DNA of 63,773 bases, the filler included, from Reticulomyxa filosa (taxonomy: Eukaryota > Protista > Foraminifera), in assembly GCA_000512085.1 (NCBI GenBank). It is 20 parts of 20 records of this genome, joined end to end, with 100 filler letters (N's around TTAATTAATTAA, not from the genome) between each part and the next. Parts side by side here need not be neighbours in the genome. Positions count along the whole stretch, not along the records: positions 13,130 to 16,479 come from ASPP01023869.1; positions 16,580 to 22,208 come from ASPP01002486.1; positions 22,309 to 26,104 come from ASPP01023727.1; positions 26,205 to 30,177 come from ASPP01027341.1; 16 more parts are not named here. One strand, 5' to 3'. Below, piece after piece: positions 13,130-26,695 of the stretch. Position 1 is the stretch's first letter; every line of letters starts with the position of its first letter. Below the pieces are notes generated by a model that made no database searches, had not been told where the DNA came from, and worked only from the letters and a program-made list of their open reading frames with translations. A program made the translations under genes and the position numbers.

Positions 13130-14452
13130 TTGCGTGAATGTCTCGATAGCCCATTCCATATGCGCCAAACATGCCTCTTCTTTATTTGCTCCATTGAACT
13201 GATCATTAAAAGTTTGCAAGAAATCTTTGTTAGTGTATACGCGTTTAGAATCAAGACTGAGCTCATTACCCATTTGGACTTGTTTTCGGGGTTCTCACTC
13301 CTTTGCACTGTCGCAAACGCTTAGGGATACACATTTTTGCAGTCTTTGGAACATGTCTCTGTCCAATCCACTGTTGGCATTTTATCCGCAATAAAACACT
13401 AATAACAAAACATGCAGCCAAGCATCGAACAATTCCGTATTCCAATTGCTTTGTGGCAATAACAATAACATGTTATTCACACAATCTGGAATGTCTTTGC
13501 TGCTTTTACTTTGGAAAATTTTTTGAACAATATCTTTCTCATTCTCCAATCATGGCTTTTTTTGCAATCGCCGCATTGCTTTTCATCGTCAGACGACGTC
13601 CATTTTCTGGTGTTGTTTCCATCAGTTTCTTTGTGTGCGTGTATGTGTACGTGCTTTCAAATATCCACTTGTCTTCATATATGTATATAACATGTACGTG
13701 TATATATGGTTATGTGTATATAAAAGGACTTGCAATGATACAGCAAATGTCTTTCCCCTTGATCAACACAAAGCCATGCCAATGTTTGTCTTGCATGTTC
13801 TGCAGCATTTTGGCGTTGGCGCTTGCAAATTTGAATCCACCCGAACACCGCCTTTGGAAACGGAGCCAATTTCACTTAATTCGCAAAAGGAAGCGCCTCC
13901 TTCTGTTTCTTTTTTAATCCACCATTTGTGGAGTTGTTCGTTACGGAAGGACACATCCGACAATAACACATATTTGGCCATGAAGATATTGATGAGCCAA
14001 TCCAAGTGTTCTTTTGGACAGGAGAAGATCGAAGTTAGAGCGACGTTGAACATTTCTTCCATCCGTCGGCATGTCATTTGTATTGCCGTCATCAATAATC
14101 TTCTTATCTAAACTGCCACATGTGTGATGATATACATATTTATGTACAAATAGATATACATATGTTTGTGCATGTACACACAAAGTAAACAAAAAGTTAT
14201 ATCTCATACCCTTTTTTTTTTAGCTTTACATATGTCACAATACGAATAATCTTGAACCTGATTGGTGTTGGTATACTTGCCATTGGGTAACTTCGTCATT
14301 TGATCCTCTGTTGTGGTCGTGGTTTGGAGTTGATGATACAAACCCTGCAACAGACTTGGATATCGATTGTTCATATACGCATGTGTGTTTGCCCACATCG
14401 AATTGAAGCACATGGAATTACTCGCGTTTTGTCCATTCGCATTACCTTTCAT
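13130..14452 (-). pseudogene. Hypothetical multi-exon gene with CxxC motifs, probably frameshifted
   Basis: ORF 14452-14204 ends at a GTATGA donor (YCDICK). The next exon runs to a TGA at 13763 while another frame (AWLCVDQGERHLLYHCK) reaches the next donor. A later exon has QCGDCKK. Confidence 0.3.
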
Positions 14453-17400
14453 TAACTTGTGTTGTTCGTCTACAAGTTTTGGCCAACATTATGGTCAACA
14501 TTTCTTTCCTTTTAAAATTTTTTTTGAGAATGGAGAAGGTAGTAACATGACGATTATGTATGACATAATTTTATGCAAATGACGAGTTTGACATCACTGA
14601 ACCAGTGCGCAATTTTTTTTTAACTCCTTTATTTTCTTAGTTTTATTAATGTACCCAAATTTTTATTATTATTTTAATTGTCCTTTTGAAAACAAGCAAT
14701 CATCCAACTTTTCAAATATTTTCTTTGTTTTTTTCTTATTAACTAGTTAATTTCATTTTCAAGAGCATACAACATATAGTCCATTAGCAGACCATAACGT
14801 AATTTTTTTGAAAAGAGATTTTTAAAAACAAATGAATATTTATGACACTACCTTCTTTTGGTTATGTGGTTGTATAATAAAAAAAATATAACACTTTTTT
14901 TTTGGCTGTTGCGTGGTTAATATTGTGCTGGATTAGCAAAATAATAGGTCTTCTTTGCGATATTTGTCGCATTGTAAATATTTTATAATATCTTCCCGTG
15001 TCAAATAGTCCCTATTTTTTTTGACAGACGAACCCTCTGAAAAATCTGCGAACTTATTCCTTCATTATCACTACAACAAGATTGAGAGCCAGACAAAAAG
15101 TATTTAAACAGTACTTTGAAATTTGTGAATATAACGAACAATTACAGCAGATTACAAGCTGTTTTCCTCGTCAAAAGCGAACATTTTTATCCTTTAAAAA
15201 GCCATAAATATTGATTATTCGATTTGGCTTGTTTTGGATGAGTATGCTGTTTTTGCGGATTTTCGTTCTCCGCTGTTATGAGATGGCCTTTTTTCTAACA
15301 AAATATCGGTAGGCCTTGTGGGAAAAGAGATTTTTGTTGTTAATTTTTTTTTTGGACTAGTCAAAACTCTTTGTTGAGTAGTCAAATTTTTTTCTTTTGA
15401 CTAGTAAAAATTCTATCATACATTTTCTTCTTATGTATACGTGCATTACCCTTTGCATTTTTTTTGTCGCTTGATGAGACGACAAAAAATTATCAACAGC
15501 ACAAATTTTCACTATTCATTTATTTCCATTTATCTTTTTTTAAATTAAATTTGAGGTATTGCTTTATAGACAATTTTTTAAAGATTGAAAATAATACGTT
15601 ACCTGAATTGCACCCGCGTTTCCGCAAAAACCAAATATTTAAAAACATTTGACTAAGGATACGGGCTTGTCCTTGTCAGTACAACTCGTTATAATAAAAA
15701 AAAACAAAAAATTGTTAACCATTTAACAAAAAAAGAAAAAACACAAACAGTTTGTCAGTGAAGAAAAACTTAAACAAGGGGCTAACTTTCAAAAAATTAT
15801 AATATTTTTTAGTTTTTTCTTTTTGCGTATGAGTTACATTTATTTTTGTTATCATAATCACACAAAGCACTTCCATAAATTTGGGACTTACAACCAAAAT
15901 AACTTTGGAAATATATTTAACACATTTTTAAAGAGTTTTACTATTTATTTTTTTTTCACAGTTCATCTGATCCAACATTTTTATTCTTTCCATCGACCAA
16001 TTGTATTCCTTCATTTTTTTTAAAAAAAGAAATGTTTCCTTTCAAACATTCCTGACATTGTTCAAAAAGTCCGGAATACGTCGTTCTTTTCACTTTATCC
16101 ATTTTTTCGTTTCATCCAGTATCACGGATTCTGTTATTTTATATTTTGTGTGTTATCATTCAATCAAATATACGGTAAAAGAGTAACTTTCTCTTCATTG
16201 CTTTCAATTTGTTTATTTTTTTTCTTTCTTCTTTGAATCATATTTAGCAAAGTTTCATCCATTAACTTTTCATTCAGATATTTTATTTATTATTTAAAGT
16301 AATGCCTCCATTTACATTGATATAACAATTACGTTTCAAACCATTACAACATACATATTTACAACGAAAGATCAAGACCTAACTGTTTCCAAAAATCTTC
16401 TTCACCAACACATTCATTTATATTCAGTGTGATGTGTCTTAACACATTTTCATAGAGATAGATCATCGACACACAAATGNNNNNNNNNNNNNNNNNNNNN
16501 NNNNNNNNNNNNNNNNNNNNNNNTTAATTAATTAANNNNNNNNNNNNNNNNNNNNNNNNNNNNNNNNNNNNNNNNNNNNCTCAGGAAAGGCTCTTCAAAC
16601 TCGTTCTATATATTAACCAGATTGCAACATATGAAGTTCGACTTTTTTTATTTGATCAAACAATGATATATAAATCTTCAGTATTTACACTTTATTGATT
16701 GATTTATCATTTTTATTATTTGTCGTTAAAATAAAATTTAATGTTCGTAACAAAAGAAAAACGAAGTACTAGTCAGAATTTTCACCAGGAGAAGACGAAA
16801 TCATTGAGTCAGATCACTTAAATTCCTTCGAATTTGTTAACAAACCAAGAACATTATAGATAAAAAAATAAAAAAATGGAACTAACCCCTTTTTAGGTCC
16901 TTTTATTTAACAATTTTCAATTATTTGAAGAAAATTGGAAAAATAAAATATTTTGAACCATTTTATAATCTTTTAAAATTGTATTTTTTTTACAAATTAA
17001 GAGACTGAATATCTCCCAAAAAAAAAAAAAAACTTTTTGAAACATGTTTACTACACAAGAGGATAATAAAGCATCTTTCATGAATACAAGCATTTCAAAA
17101 GCCGAAGCTGTTGAATAGATCTCAAATTGTGACTGTTTGCAATTGCTTGTACAGCTGAACTTAAGAGTAGAATGATTACAAAAAAAAAATATTGTTTTAC
17201 AAAAGTTATCACCTAAAAAAATTGCTTTGCTGAGATGAGTTATCCAATCAAGGAATGCAATGGCTAATGTTTTTCAAAAAAATAGCTTGGCATTAAGTCA
17301 AACTTTTTTCCTTTTTATCAAATATTAGGATTAGCAAATATTTCCACCATCCAACTTTTTGTTTTACAATATAAATCAAACAACTTTTCTGCTTTTCAAT

Positions 17401-19093
17401 TCAAATGGAGAGGCAACAAGTATAGTTCTGTTATCCATCCAAATGATGATTCAAAAAAATCATTACTTTTGTTGCATTTTTATTTTGATTTGGAAATCAT
17501 TCCAACAATGGAATTTCAATTTACTAAAACTGTTCAAGTTGAAAGCGATATTATTACTAACAATTGTATATTTTTAATTGAAAAACATCAACAAATAAAA
17601 TTTTTATTTGTTGAAGAGTTTCCAAAAAAGGGTCTAGTTACAGATTTTTTATTTTTTTATCTGTCATCATTTCTCTGAGTCACTTTCTCCAAGACTTAAT
17701 CAACAAATTTTTTAATTCCCGGATTGCCAGAGAAGCAGTCTTTATAACAGTTGTCGAAAAGTGCAAAAATGACTTTATGACAAAAATTATCATTAATATT
17801 TTTATTTAATAACTAGAACAAATAATCATCGCATTTGAATCCTTCCAGTAATTCGTATAGTGTCATCCGCGATTATTCAAAAACTTTGAGAAGACTTTTG
17901 CTTTGTTTAAATTCATCTCCACTCGCTTTGTTACTTCAGCATACACTTACATATATTTCGTCTTTTTTACTGTTCTCTTTGGTTCGTCAAAGCTTTGTAA
18001 TATCAAGTGAACCAAAAAAGAGTTACGCTCGTAGAACATGTTTAAAAAAACAAAACTAACAGATTTAATCTAAAGGATAACTCAACTGTAAGTACTTGAA
18101 CAAGAGAAAAAACGATGACAAAACCAGACAACCGAAAAGGTGCCCAAAAGGGGTGTTATTCCATTTTTTAATTTTTTATTTGTCATTATTGTTTATAATT
18201 TCGAGCAATTAGTAACAAATGCTCAGTTCTTTAGAATCACACTCAAGAATGGAAATACAGTTGAACAGTTAATATTTATAACAAATTTTTTTTGTTTGAA
18301 CAAACATTTTGTTGCAAATCTAAATAACATCAATTATGCTTTCGAATACAAATAGATATTATTATTTGAGTTTACTTAGCACATTTACTCACAAGTAAAT
18401 TTTATTTAAGATGACTAAAATTTAACATATCTTTTTAAATCACTTTCCCTTCTAAAAAAATATAACACATATATAAAAAATGTTTATATTAGAACTAAAT
18501 TCAAGCTAGTTTTTTCTTGCTTCTATACCACCGGAACAAGGCAGCCCCAGAGAAAATCAACATTTGGTATCAAGATAACATGAGTAGTTTGGAAGTTGCG
18601 GGTGAGGACTGATAAAAACACTTGCGTTTGATCAATCTGAGAATGATAACTTTGAGCCTTCAGACAGCCTTCAATGAAACTAGTCACTTACTCAATTTTT
18701 GGCTTGTATTAATATTGCATACAACAATGACATTACGTTACATTTTCAATACTTGTTACTTCAACCAAGTACGGTTCTATCATCAAAAAATTCACTATTG
18801 CGCTCGAAACAAAAACATTGCTTCCGATCAAGTTTTTTTTGTTCGTCTTATTTAATTGCGAAAATGAGTGGAGAAATTTTTTGCCATTCTTTCTGTCTTC
18901 GTTCCCTCTTTAAAATTGCAATTGTTTTAATTTATTCAATTGAGGATTTTCGACAACAAACAAAAAAATTTGCCTTTATGTTGGCTTTGTTTGATGTTAT
19001 ACTACCATTTTTCCTTTTGAAGAGAAAAGAAGGTTCTGTGCTTTTTTTTACTGAACTGAAACTTTTAATAAAGCTAAGTTCAGTGGAACTAAA

Positions 19094-19595
19094 ATGTCTC
19101 GTCACACCCCGGCATTGCATCTGTATCGACATCTGTTGAGACAGATTTCTGTCACGTTCAAAGGTGATGTTCGAGCTATTGTTGAGTTTTTTATTTTTAG
19201 AGAAAGATTGAGTCTCTTTTAGCAGACGAAAAACAACTGTTTGGATGAAAATAAACAAATAAAGACATATGTTCGTAATACATTACGAAGTCATTATCAA
19301 GAACGTGCCAAAGAAAAAGATGCCGAAATGATAAAAAAATACATGAAAGATGGAGAAGAATGCATGAAATGGTTGAAGCAAGGTGTCATGCAATTGACAG
19401 CGGCTGAAACAATGGAAACCACAAAAAAGCCAATAAAATGGAGTTTTAAATTTATTTTTGTTATTATTTTTTACTTTAGACAATTGAACATTCAAAAACT
19501 TGATTGAGTGAACAAAAAACTTGTAATTTTGTAGAAGCCAATATCAGAAGAGAACATCTTGTTGACGAAGCTCAAGCATTTGGAAAAAAAAATAA
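19094..19595 (+). CDS. LYRM7: LYR-motif protein, LYRM7/Mzm1-like (complex III Rieske chaperone)
   Basis: Exons 19094-19180, 19265-19442 and 19535-about 19595 give MSRHTPALHLYRHLLRQISVTFKGDVRAI-TYVRNTLRSHYQERAKEKDAEMIKKYMKDGEECMKWLKQGVMQ...KANIRREHL. This has LYR, FKGDxRA and terminal L..GV.Q motifs. The TAA at 19593 is one A out of frame in a homopolymer run (probable sequencing error). Confidence 0.8.
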
Positions 19596-19992
19596 TTTTA
19601 TTATATTATACAATCACACTCTTCTCAATTCGTCTCTCCAATTCAAAATTTGAAAACACAAACAAACTGGTCATGTAATAACAATTGCGACTTTTCCTTC
19701 TTTCTCATGTGTCATATCTGTGTTCTGCTGTTGTTACTCCTCTGCAACTTTTCTTCGTCATTTTTTTATGAAGCAAAAAAAAAACCAAAACAAAACGAAC
19801 CGTAATAAGTTACATTACCTTATAACAAAAAACGTTATAACTGTTGTTGTGAGTAAGAAGATCGATCGAACTTTGATTTTAGAAAAGATTTTGCACCCTC
19901 CCATGAAACAACGAATCAATTAAAAGAAAATTTTTTTTTAATGAATAATGTGTCAATTTCTATAAACAAAGCGAGTAAAACAAATTATTTCA

Positions 19993-22163
19993 TCATTTTC
20001 TTCCAAAAAAAGACGACATAAACCCGACTTTAGGTCTGACTTCAAAAACAATTTCACAGCCTCCAATTTTGAGTCTGTCTTTGTCTTGTAATTTTTCTTG
20101 TAAAACCTTGGCGCCGTTCAAAAGTGAGCCGTGATGCGAGCCCAAGTCAGTAAAGTGTGCCTCAGTGCTATTGTATTTGATTCTGGCATGTGATCTGCTC
20201 ACATGAGGATCATCCAGGACGACCGTATTTGCACAGTCTCTGCCAATAGTGGCTATGCTTTTTTTGTTGCTTAATTTAATCTCTTTGTGTGTCATATCAG
20301 GATTCGTAACAACCAAAACCAAATTTGAGTTTTCTGGAAAAGGGACAATTTTGCGAACCGGAGACAATGGGAAAAACCTGTCTTTGGCATCTAATTTTTT
20401 TTGTAACTGAAAAAACATGTCTGATTTTTTGAACTCATGTTCAAATCGATCTTTCAGTTGTTGATATAGTTGTTTCGATAGTTGAGAATACACAGCCCGT
20501 AGACTTATATCATCATTTTGATGTTTCGACAAGCCGGTTTGTATGTCATCCAACAATTTTTCTTTTTGATTTTCGGAGATATTGTCCACAAATTTTTTGC
20601 ACTGCCAAATTTGATTTTTACTTTTTTCTGAAATAAATCTGTGATATGTACCACATATATGTATATATGTAAACTTTTTTTTTAATGTCCTCCCAAAAAA
20701 AAAAATAAAGTTTTCGTGATGTCCCCCCTCCCCTCTCTCCCCGTTTCCTCTTCTTTAACTCATCAAATATCATTTGAGCTTGTTGTAAAACGGTTGGCTT
20801 GGTGGTTTTGTCTAAAATATCAGAGTCAAGTAGTTGGCCATTGTTTCCATTGGAAGAAGTACCTTGGAGCTCTTCTTTCTCTTCTTCATCATCATTAGTG
20901 AGCATTTTTGCTTGATCGTCGTTTGAGCCATGCTCAAACTGTAAGATGTTAATCCAACAGCGCAATAAAACATCGCTTTTGTCTTCTTTCAAGAAATTTG
21001 TAAACGCACGGACGCCTTTCTTTTCTTTCAACAACGCCTCCAAAGTGCTCACGCGCGAACGGATTTGGCGAATCTCTTGCATTATCTCCTCCGCGCCACG
21101 AGCGATATAATTTTTCTGACAATTTTGCATTGCTCTTTCTAATGCAGACACCCATTCTGCCAGAGATATTGGATGCTGTGTGTGTGCGTGTATTTTGTTT
21201 AATAAATATATAAAAATATATATGCATATATGTATATGTACATATATTTATATTTATCAAAAGTAGAGTCATACTCCTCAACCTTAAATATATCACGTTT
21301 ACTTTCGCAAAACTTGACCCTCCCTTTTTTTTTTTTTGTTTTAAAAAAAAAAAAAAGACTCTGCATCGTAGATGAATAGTCCGCAAAGGAGTTCGAACAA
21401 CGAATACAAAACGGTCCTGCGCAATTCGCTCTTCTATCGTCCAATTTGTGCAACAGCAATAACAACAAAAAAGTCTGAGAGAAAGCCACTTTGCAAAAAA
21501 AAAAACAACCAACGGAACAGATGATTGTATATTGACAGTTCATCTCTCAACTGTCAAGTTGGATGCTGGCATATTTCAACGGTACAAAGCTCTTCGGAAC
21601 AGACGAACTCTAAGAAACAAAATAAACAAATAAATGATTAAAAAAAAAAAATATATATATATATATGTATACATATATATATATGTACATATATGTATAT
21701 GTTTATATTTTTATATTTAAAAAAAAAAACAACACACACACACAGATGTAATGCATAACATAGCATTGTTATTTGGTATTGCGAAAGAGCACAAAACTGG
21801 TTGTTGTGCTTTTGGATCGTGTTGGAAATAATACAAGGTGCTTTGCACCAACACGAAGAAATAGTCGTCCCATTTGTGATTCTGTTCCTCTGCGCTCTCT
21901 TTATCTTTGGAATCCTTCCTCCCGGTCATCTTCAGAATCCGCATCACGCCAGACTTAGTTTTGTCCGCCGAGCCGAGTACTCCGACATTGTGGGCCAGTC
22001 CAGTCAGCGTCAGGCTGTTCAATATTTGTTGATGGCTTTCCAATTGCAACTCAAACTGCTTTCGCTCAATCGGCAGCAACGCCAGGGCCGCATCGCTATT
22101 GTCCGTATCAGATTGTCACACCACAAATGTACGACACCACGTGGACTCCTTTTCTTTTGTCAT
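19993..22163 (-). CDS. PH-RGS-FHA domain signalling protein (5' end uncertain)
   Basis: PH over four exons: KWDDYFFVLVQSTLYYF / PKSFVPLKYASI / FVFVVRTPLRTIHLRC / LAEWVSALE. RGS: LEALLKEKKGVRAFTNFL...LLRCWINILQFE...AQMIFD...FEHEFKKSDMF. FHA: TIGRD...VSRSHARI...DLGSHHGSLLNG...DRLKIG. Stop at 19993. Confidence 0.85.
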
Positions 22164-22308
22164 TCTTTCTTACTGTTTGTAGTTTAGAAATACACACACA
22201 CACACACANNNNNNNNNNNNNNNNNNNNNNNNNNNNNNNNNNNNNNNNNNNNTTAATTAATTAANNNNNNNNNNNNNNNNNNNNNNNNNNNNNNNNNNNN
22301 NNNNNNNN

Positions 22309-24290
22309 TGTGATCATCGTTATTCTTTTCATAATTACCATCACCATTCTCACTCTCTTATTCCCAAATTCTTCTTTCTGTTTGATGGTCTTGGTTTGAG
22401 TTTTACACAACTCCTCCCCCCCACCAAATTGAGCAACTCGCATATAATGTAGAGATTCTTTCAGCGTCGTGATTTGATCGAATATCAACGATTTCCCATT
22501 TTTCTTATATTCCACTTGCTCGATTGGGCCAGTCGCTGCCGCCAGTTGCGATGCCATTTCTACTTGCACGATATCAGTATTTTCTTTTTTCTTGGAGGGC
22601 TTGATTCTATATAAACGGACGGCAACAAGTTTTCGGTATTGATTTGAGATCTTGCCCAACTGCTCCGGAACATCATAACTGATGTTTTCAAAATATAATA
22701 TGTATATCCACTATCGCCGCTTGTGATGAAGGATGAGCACATGATCATGGATGTAAAAGCTTTCAATGACGTCCAAGTTTGAACGTTTAGTATTACCCAC
22801 TCCCCCTACTATCTTTCGAATCGCAAATGCGATATTTCTTTTACCATCTTGTACTTATCTTGCTGTTGATGTTTCTTTTTTTTGCATTGGACTATAGTTG
22901 AATTGAGCTTTGAATTGACGAATCGCGTAAAGATTTTGGCGCAATTGAAAAATCATGTTAGCCTATGCCACGCAGAAAAACAAGGTAAAAAAAACAAAAC
23001 AAACGGTACAAGCAGTGAGTTTTATCCAACAAAACTTTAGTTGATACATAATCGATTCCGGACAAAGTCTCTCGAAAATACTCCAAACGCCAAGTGTGCG
23101 AACTGTGATGCGAGGAGTCCATAAGTATCGCAATCTTTCTGGTTCACTCTCTATATCTCACGATATCCAACTACGCTCTCCGTTCTTCTATCGGCACACC
23201 ACGCGCACGCAATCATACAATCAGTTGTTGCGCTTCAATTGACATATCCATAAACTTAGCGCCAGTTCCCACATCGCTAGGTATCCATTGTCCGTCGGCA
23301 CCAGCAGATCGCAGTCAACGCCATCTTTCGTTCTGTATCTCACAATGTAGATATTGAGTGGCGGACTTATTTTATAACGAACTGGTATTACTACTGGTGC
23401 TGTTGTTTTTTTTTGTTATTTGTAAATGTAAAATAAATGCAGATACTTGTCCAATCAACTTCCAAAACTGTACAAACACTTCAATGAGTCTTCCACGACT
23501 TGAGCGAAGATAACATCTTTGTGGCAATTCCAAGCTGTGTCCACACTTTCACGCGAAGATTGCTTTGTTTGGTGTCGCGTTCGAGCGTTTCTTTGGTACA
23601 ATCACTTTGGGTCAATAATTGTTATACGCTTTCACTTGCGCATTTTCGTATGCTCCACCTTTAAGTATTTTTTTCCGGTTCTTTTTTTACTTCTTCTTTT
23701 TTTTGTTCTTTTTTCCATTGTAATCGTCGTTTTGTGAATCGCTTTTCCGTTGTTTTTCTTTTGGTACCTTTATTCTATTTTCTTGCTTTTTTCCTATCGT
23801 TTGCCCCCTTCCCTTTTATTTTATTTTCTTTTTTTTTACGATGTATGGTACAATCTGGCTCTTCGTTCGCTATGATCATTCTTTGCATTTGCCATCTGTC
23901 TTGTTGGGTTATAGAATCGATAATTGCGATTTTGCGCCAACCAACTTTTTCGTTATTGATATTGATATATCGATTCTCAATCTCGCCTTGTTTGCTGGAA
24001 CGTATCTTCTGTTGTTGTCGACTTGTATATGCATTCGTAAATACTTTTTGAAGATGATGCTTCTTTCTGATGCCACAAGTGTTCGACAAATTTATGATAT
24101 TCTGACAATTTCTTCAAGTAACCAACTGATGATTCCACGACCGACGTAACACTTCTTTTGCACTTGCCAACAGTCGAAGAATGATCTTACAGCAAAAGTT
24201 GGCAACGCCCAGCATAGTCTCAAATTGGTCTTGCGACTATCGAACGAAAGTTTTTTGTGGCTCTTTGACGCCACCATTCCAAATGCAATA
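22309..24290 (-). pseudogene. Decayed unidentified gene
   Basis: Several overlapping minus-strand ORF fragments of coding-like composition in shifting frames, with stops. No domain recognised. Confidence 0.3.
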
Positions 24291-25452
24291 GGGGAAACTC
24301 CCTTTTCTTCTTTTTACCTCCCTTTTTTTTTCACTTTCATTTTTATCTTTTTCATTTTTTTTTCTTCTTTCAATTTTCATTATTTTTTTTCTTTTTTAAC
24401 ATTTTTTTTCTAATTATCTTTTTTCAAACCCTCCATTTTTTATATAAAAATTTCTATTTTCATTTTTTATTTTCCCAATTTTCTTTTTCATAATTTTCAC
24501 TTTATTTTTCTTTTTTAATTTTCCCACTTTTTCATATCTCTTTTTTTCAAATTAAAAAAAACAACAAAATTACCGATTTGATCTTGACTCGATGTCCCTA
24601 TAACAGATTCACAAACCAAACAATTTTTTTATTTTTTTGTTTGTCACAAGGGGGAATGTTGATTTTTTGTCTGCACAAAGGGGAGCGCTTTTCGTTTGTC
24701 ACAAGGGGGTTGGTGGTTGCGGGTTGGTCAATTTTTTATTTTGCAAAGGGTGAGTTGCGATTTTTATTTGCGTGGGGGCGTGCCTATTCACGAAACAAAA
24801 AAACATTTGATAATAAATGAAAAAAAAAATAAAAATTCAAACCATTTTTATTTTTTTAAAATGCTGGGGAGGCTTCAACCCCAATTTTTCTTTGAGTAGA
24901 GGGTACACTTTTTTTTCTTTGCTGGACGGGCTGAGGCTGTGATCAAAACACAAACAATTCATTATGTCAAAAAAAAAATAAAAAAAAATAAACAAACCTT
25001 TTTGACTCCTTACGGAGACGGGGAGCCTTACCCCATTCTTCTTTTTTTTTTCTTTTGTTGAAGGATGCAGAGCATCCGAAGATAAAAACCATTTTTTTTT
25101 TCTTTGCGAGTGGACAGGAACGACAACAACAAAAAAAAAACCCTTTCACTCTTCATTAAGATGTAATGTAAAAAATAATGTCGAAGTTGCGATTTTTTTG
25201 AATATTTTGACGAAAAAATGAAAAAAATAATTGTATAAATTTTTGTTAAAAAAAATAATTGCTTTGAAGAAGAAGTCCTTTTAAGTACATCTTTTACATT
25301 TTACAAAGAATGAATATTTTGAGGATTTTGTGTATCTTTTATTCTGACTTTTAGTAAACAAGACAAAAAAGCAAACAAACGACAAAATATGCAATTTAAT
25401 CAAACAAAGCCAAAACTCGCACAACAAAATAACAACAAAAAATTGGAAAATA

Positions 25453-26104
25453 TCATTTATTTTCTGGTGCTTTGGTATCTTTTGAACCTCTATAAAAGAC
25501 TTGCACTTGTTTTCTAGGAGATTTTGTATCTTTTTCTTGTAAAGGCATTGTATCATTTGCTTTATCTGCTCGTTTGGCTTCATTAAAACTTGATAAAGCT
25601 TTTTCAATAGCAGCTTGTCCGCTTTATAATATACCCGCAGGTAATTGACTGATAATTGTTTCAATTGAATGATATTATTTTGATTTTCTTTTAGTACTCG
25701 ATACATTCTCATAAGTTTGGTGACCGATACAACTTTATCTTTCAAAACTCCACCTTTTTTTCGTACAACTTCAGAAGGTCCTTGAGCTTTTACAGCAGCG
25801 TCTGTATCAATTCCGTACGATAAAATACTGTACAGCATATCAGTCACTTTTTCAGCTACAAAAGGTAATCCATGTAAAAACATCCATAAAATTTGGCAAA
25901 TAATAAGGATGCGGCGAACTAACAAATTTCGAATATTTAACAATTCGTCATCAAATTTTAAACAAGCTCCTTTATTTTTATAAACATCGCAATAATTTGG
26001 AGCTGAAAATATTGTTATTACACGAGGAATACTTGTTTGTTCATTGATAAATTGCATTTTGTATCCATCAAATTGTGCCTCATGAGCCCGAATAATTGCC
26101 GTCA
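25453..26104 (-). pseudogene. PPP3C: Calcineurin A (PP2B catalytic subunit) 3' half, frameshifted and intronless
   Basis: Motifs: IIRAHEAQFDGYKM; VITIFSAPNYCDVYKNKGA; off-frame [31 protein letters not shown] (CnB-binding helix); VLKDKVVSVTKLMRMYRVLKEN (CaM-binding); off-frame LPAGIL*SG...SFNEAKRADKANDTMP (autoinhibitory). Three frameshifts and one premature TAA. Confidence 0.9.
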
Positions 26105-26204
26105 NNNNNNNNNNNNNNNNNNNNNNNNNNNNNNNNNNNNNNNNNNNNTTAATTAATTAANNNNNNNNNNNNNNNNNNNNNNNNNNNNNNNNNNNNNNNN
26201 NNNN

Positions 26205-26243
<39 letters not shown>

Positions 26244-26695
26244 GATGCCCCCCGCATGCAGTATACGCACCAAACGTTCATCAGCCCAGAATTGTAATAT
26301 TCCATGGGGTGCAATGCCAGCATGCGCAATGAATTAAGTCTTCTCCATTTCTATCTTTTCATCGTCATTACTAAATCCACCTTCAACACCTCTCACCAAA
26401 CGTGTGGAGTCCTTCGTATTTTCTTCTTTGATTTTCAATTTGTAACTCTATTTTTTTTTTTTAAGAGGTAGGTAGATATATAAATAAATAACTAAAAAAA
26501 GTAATGTTTAAAAACAAGTCCAAATTACAAAACTAAAAATAAAATAATAAAAATGTTTGCATGACGAAAGAGAAAAATTTTGAACTTTTTTTAAATGTTA
26601 AAACGATAGACTGTAAAAAAAAATTAATTTTTTTCTTTAACATAAAGTGCGGCTTTATCCAAAGTTTCTAAACTTGCGTTCAAGTTGTGCTGATA

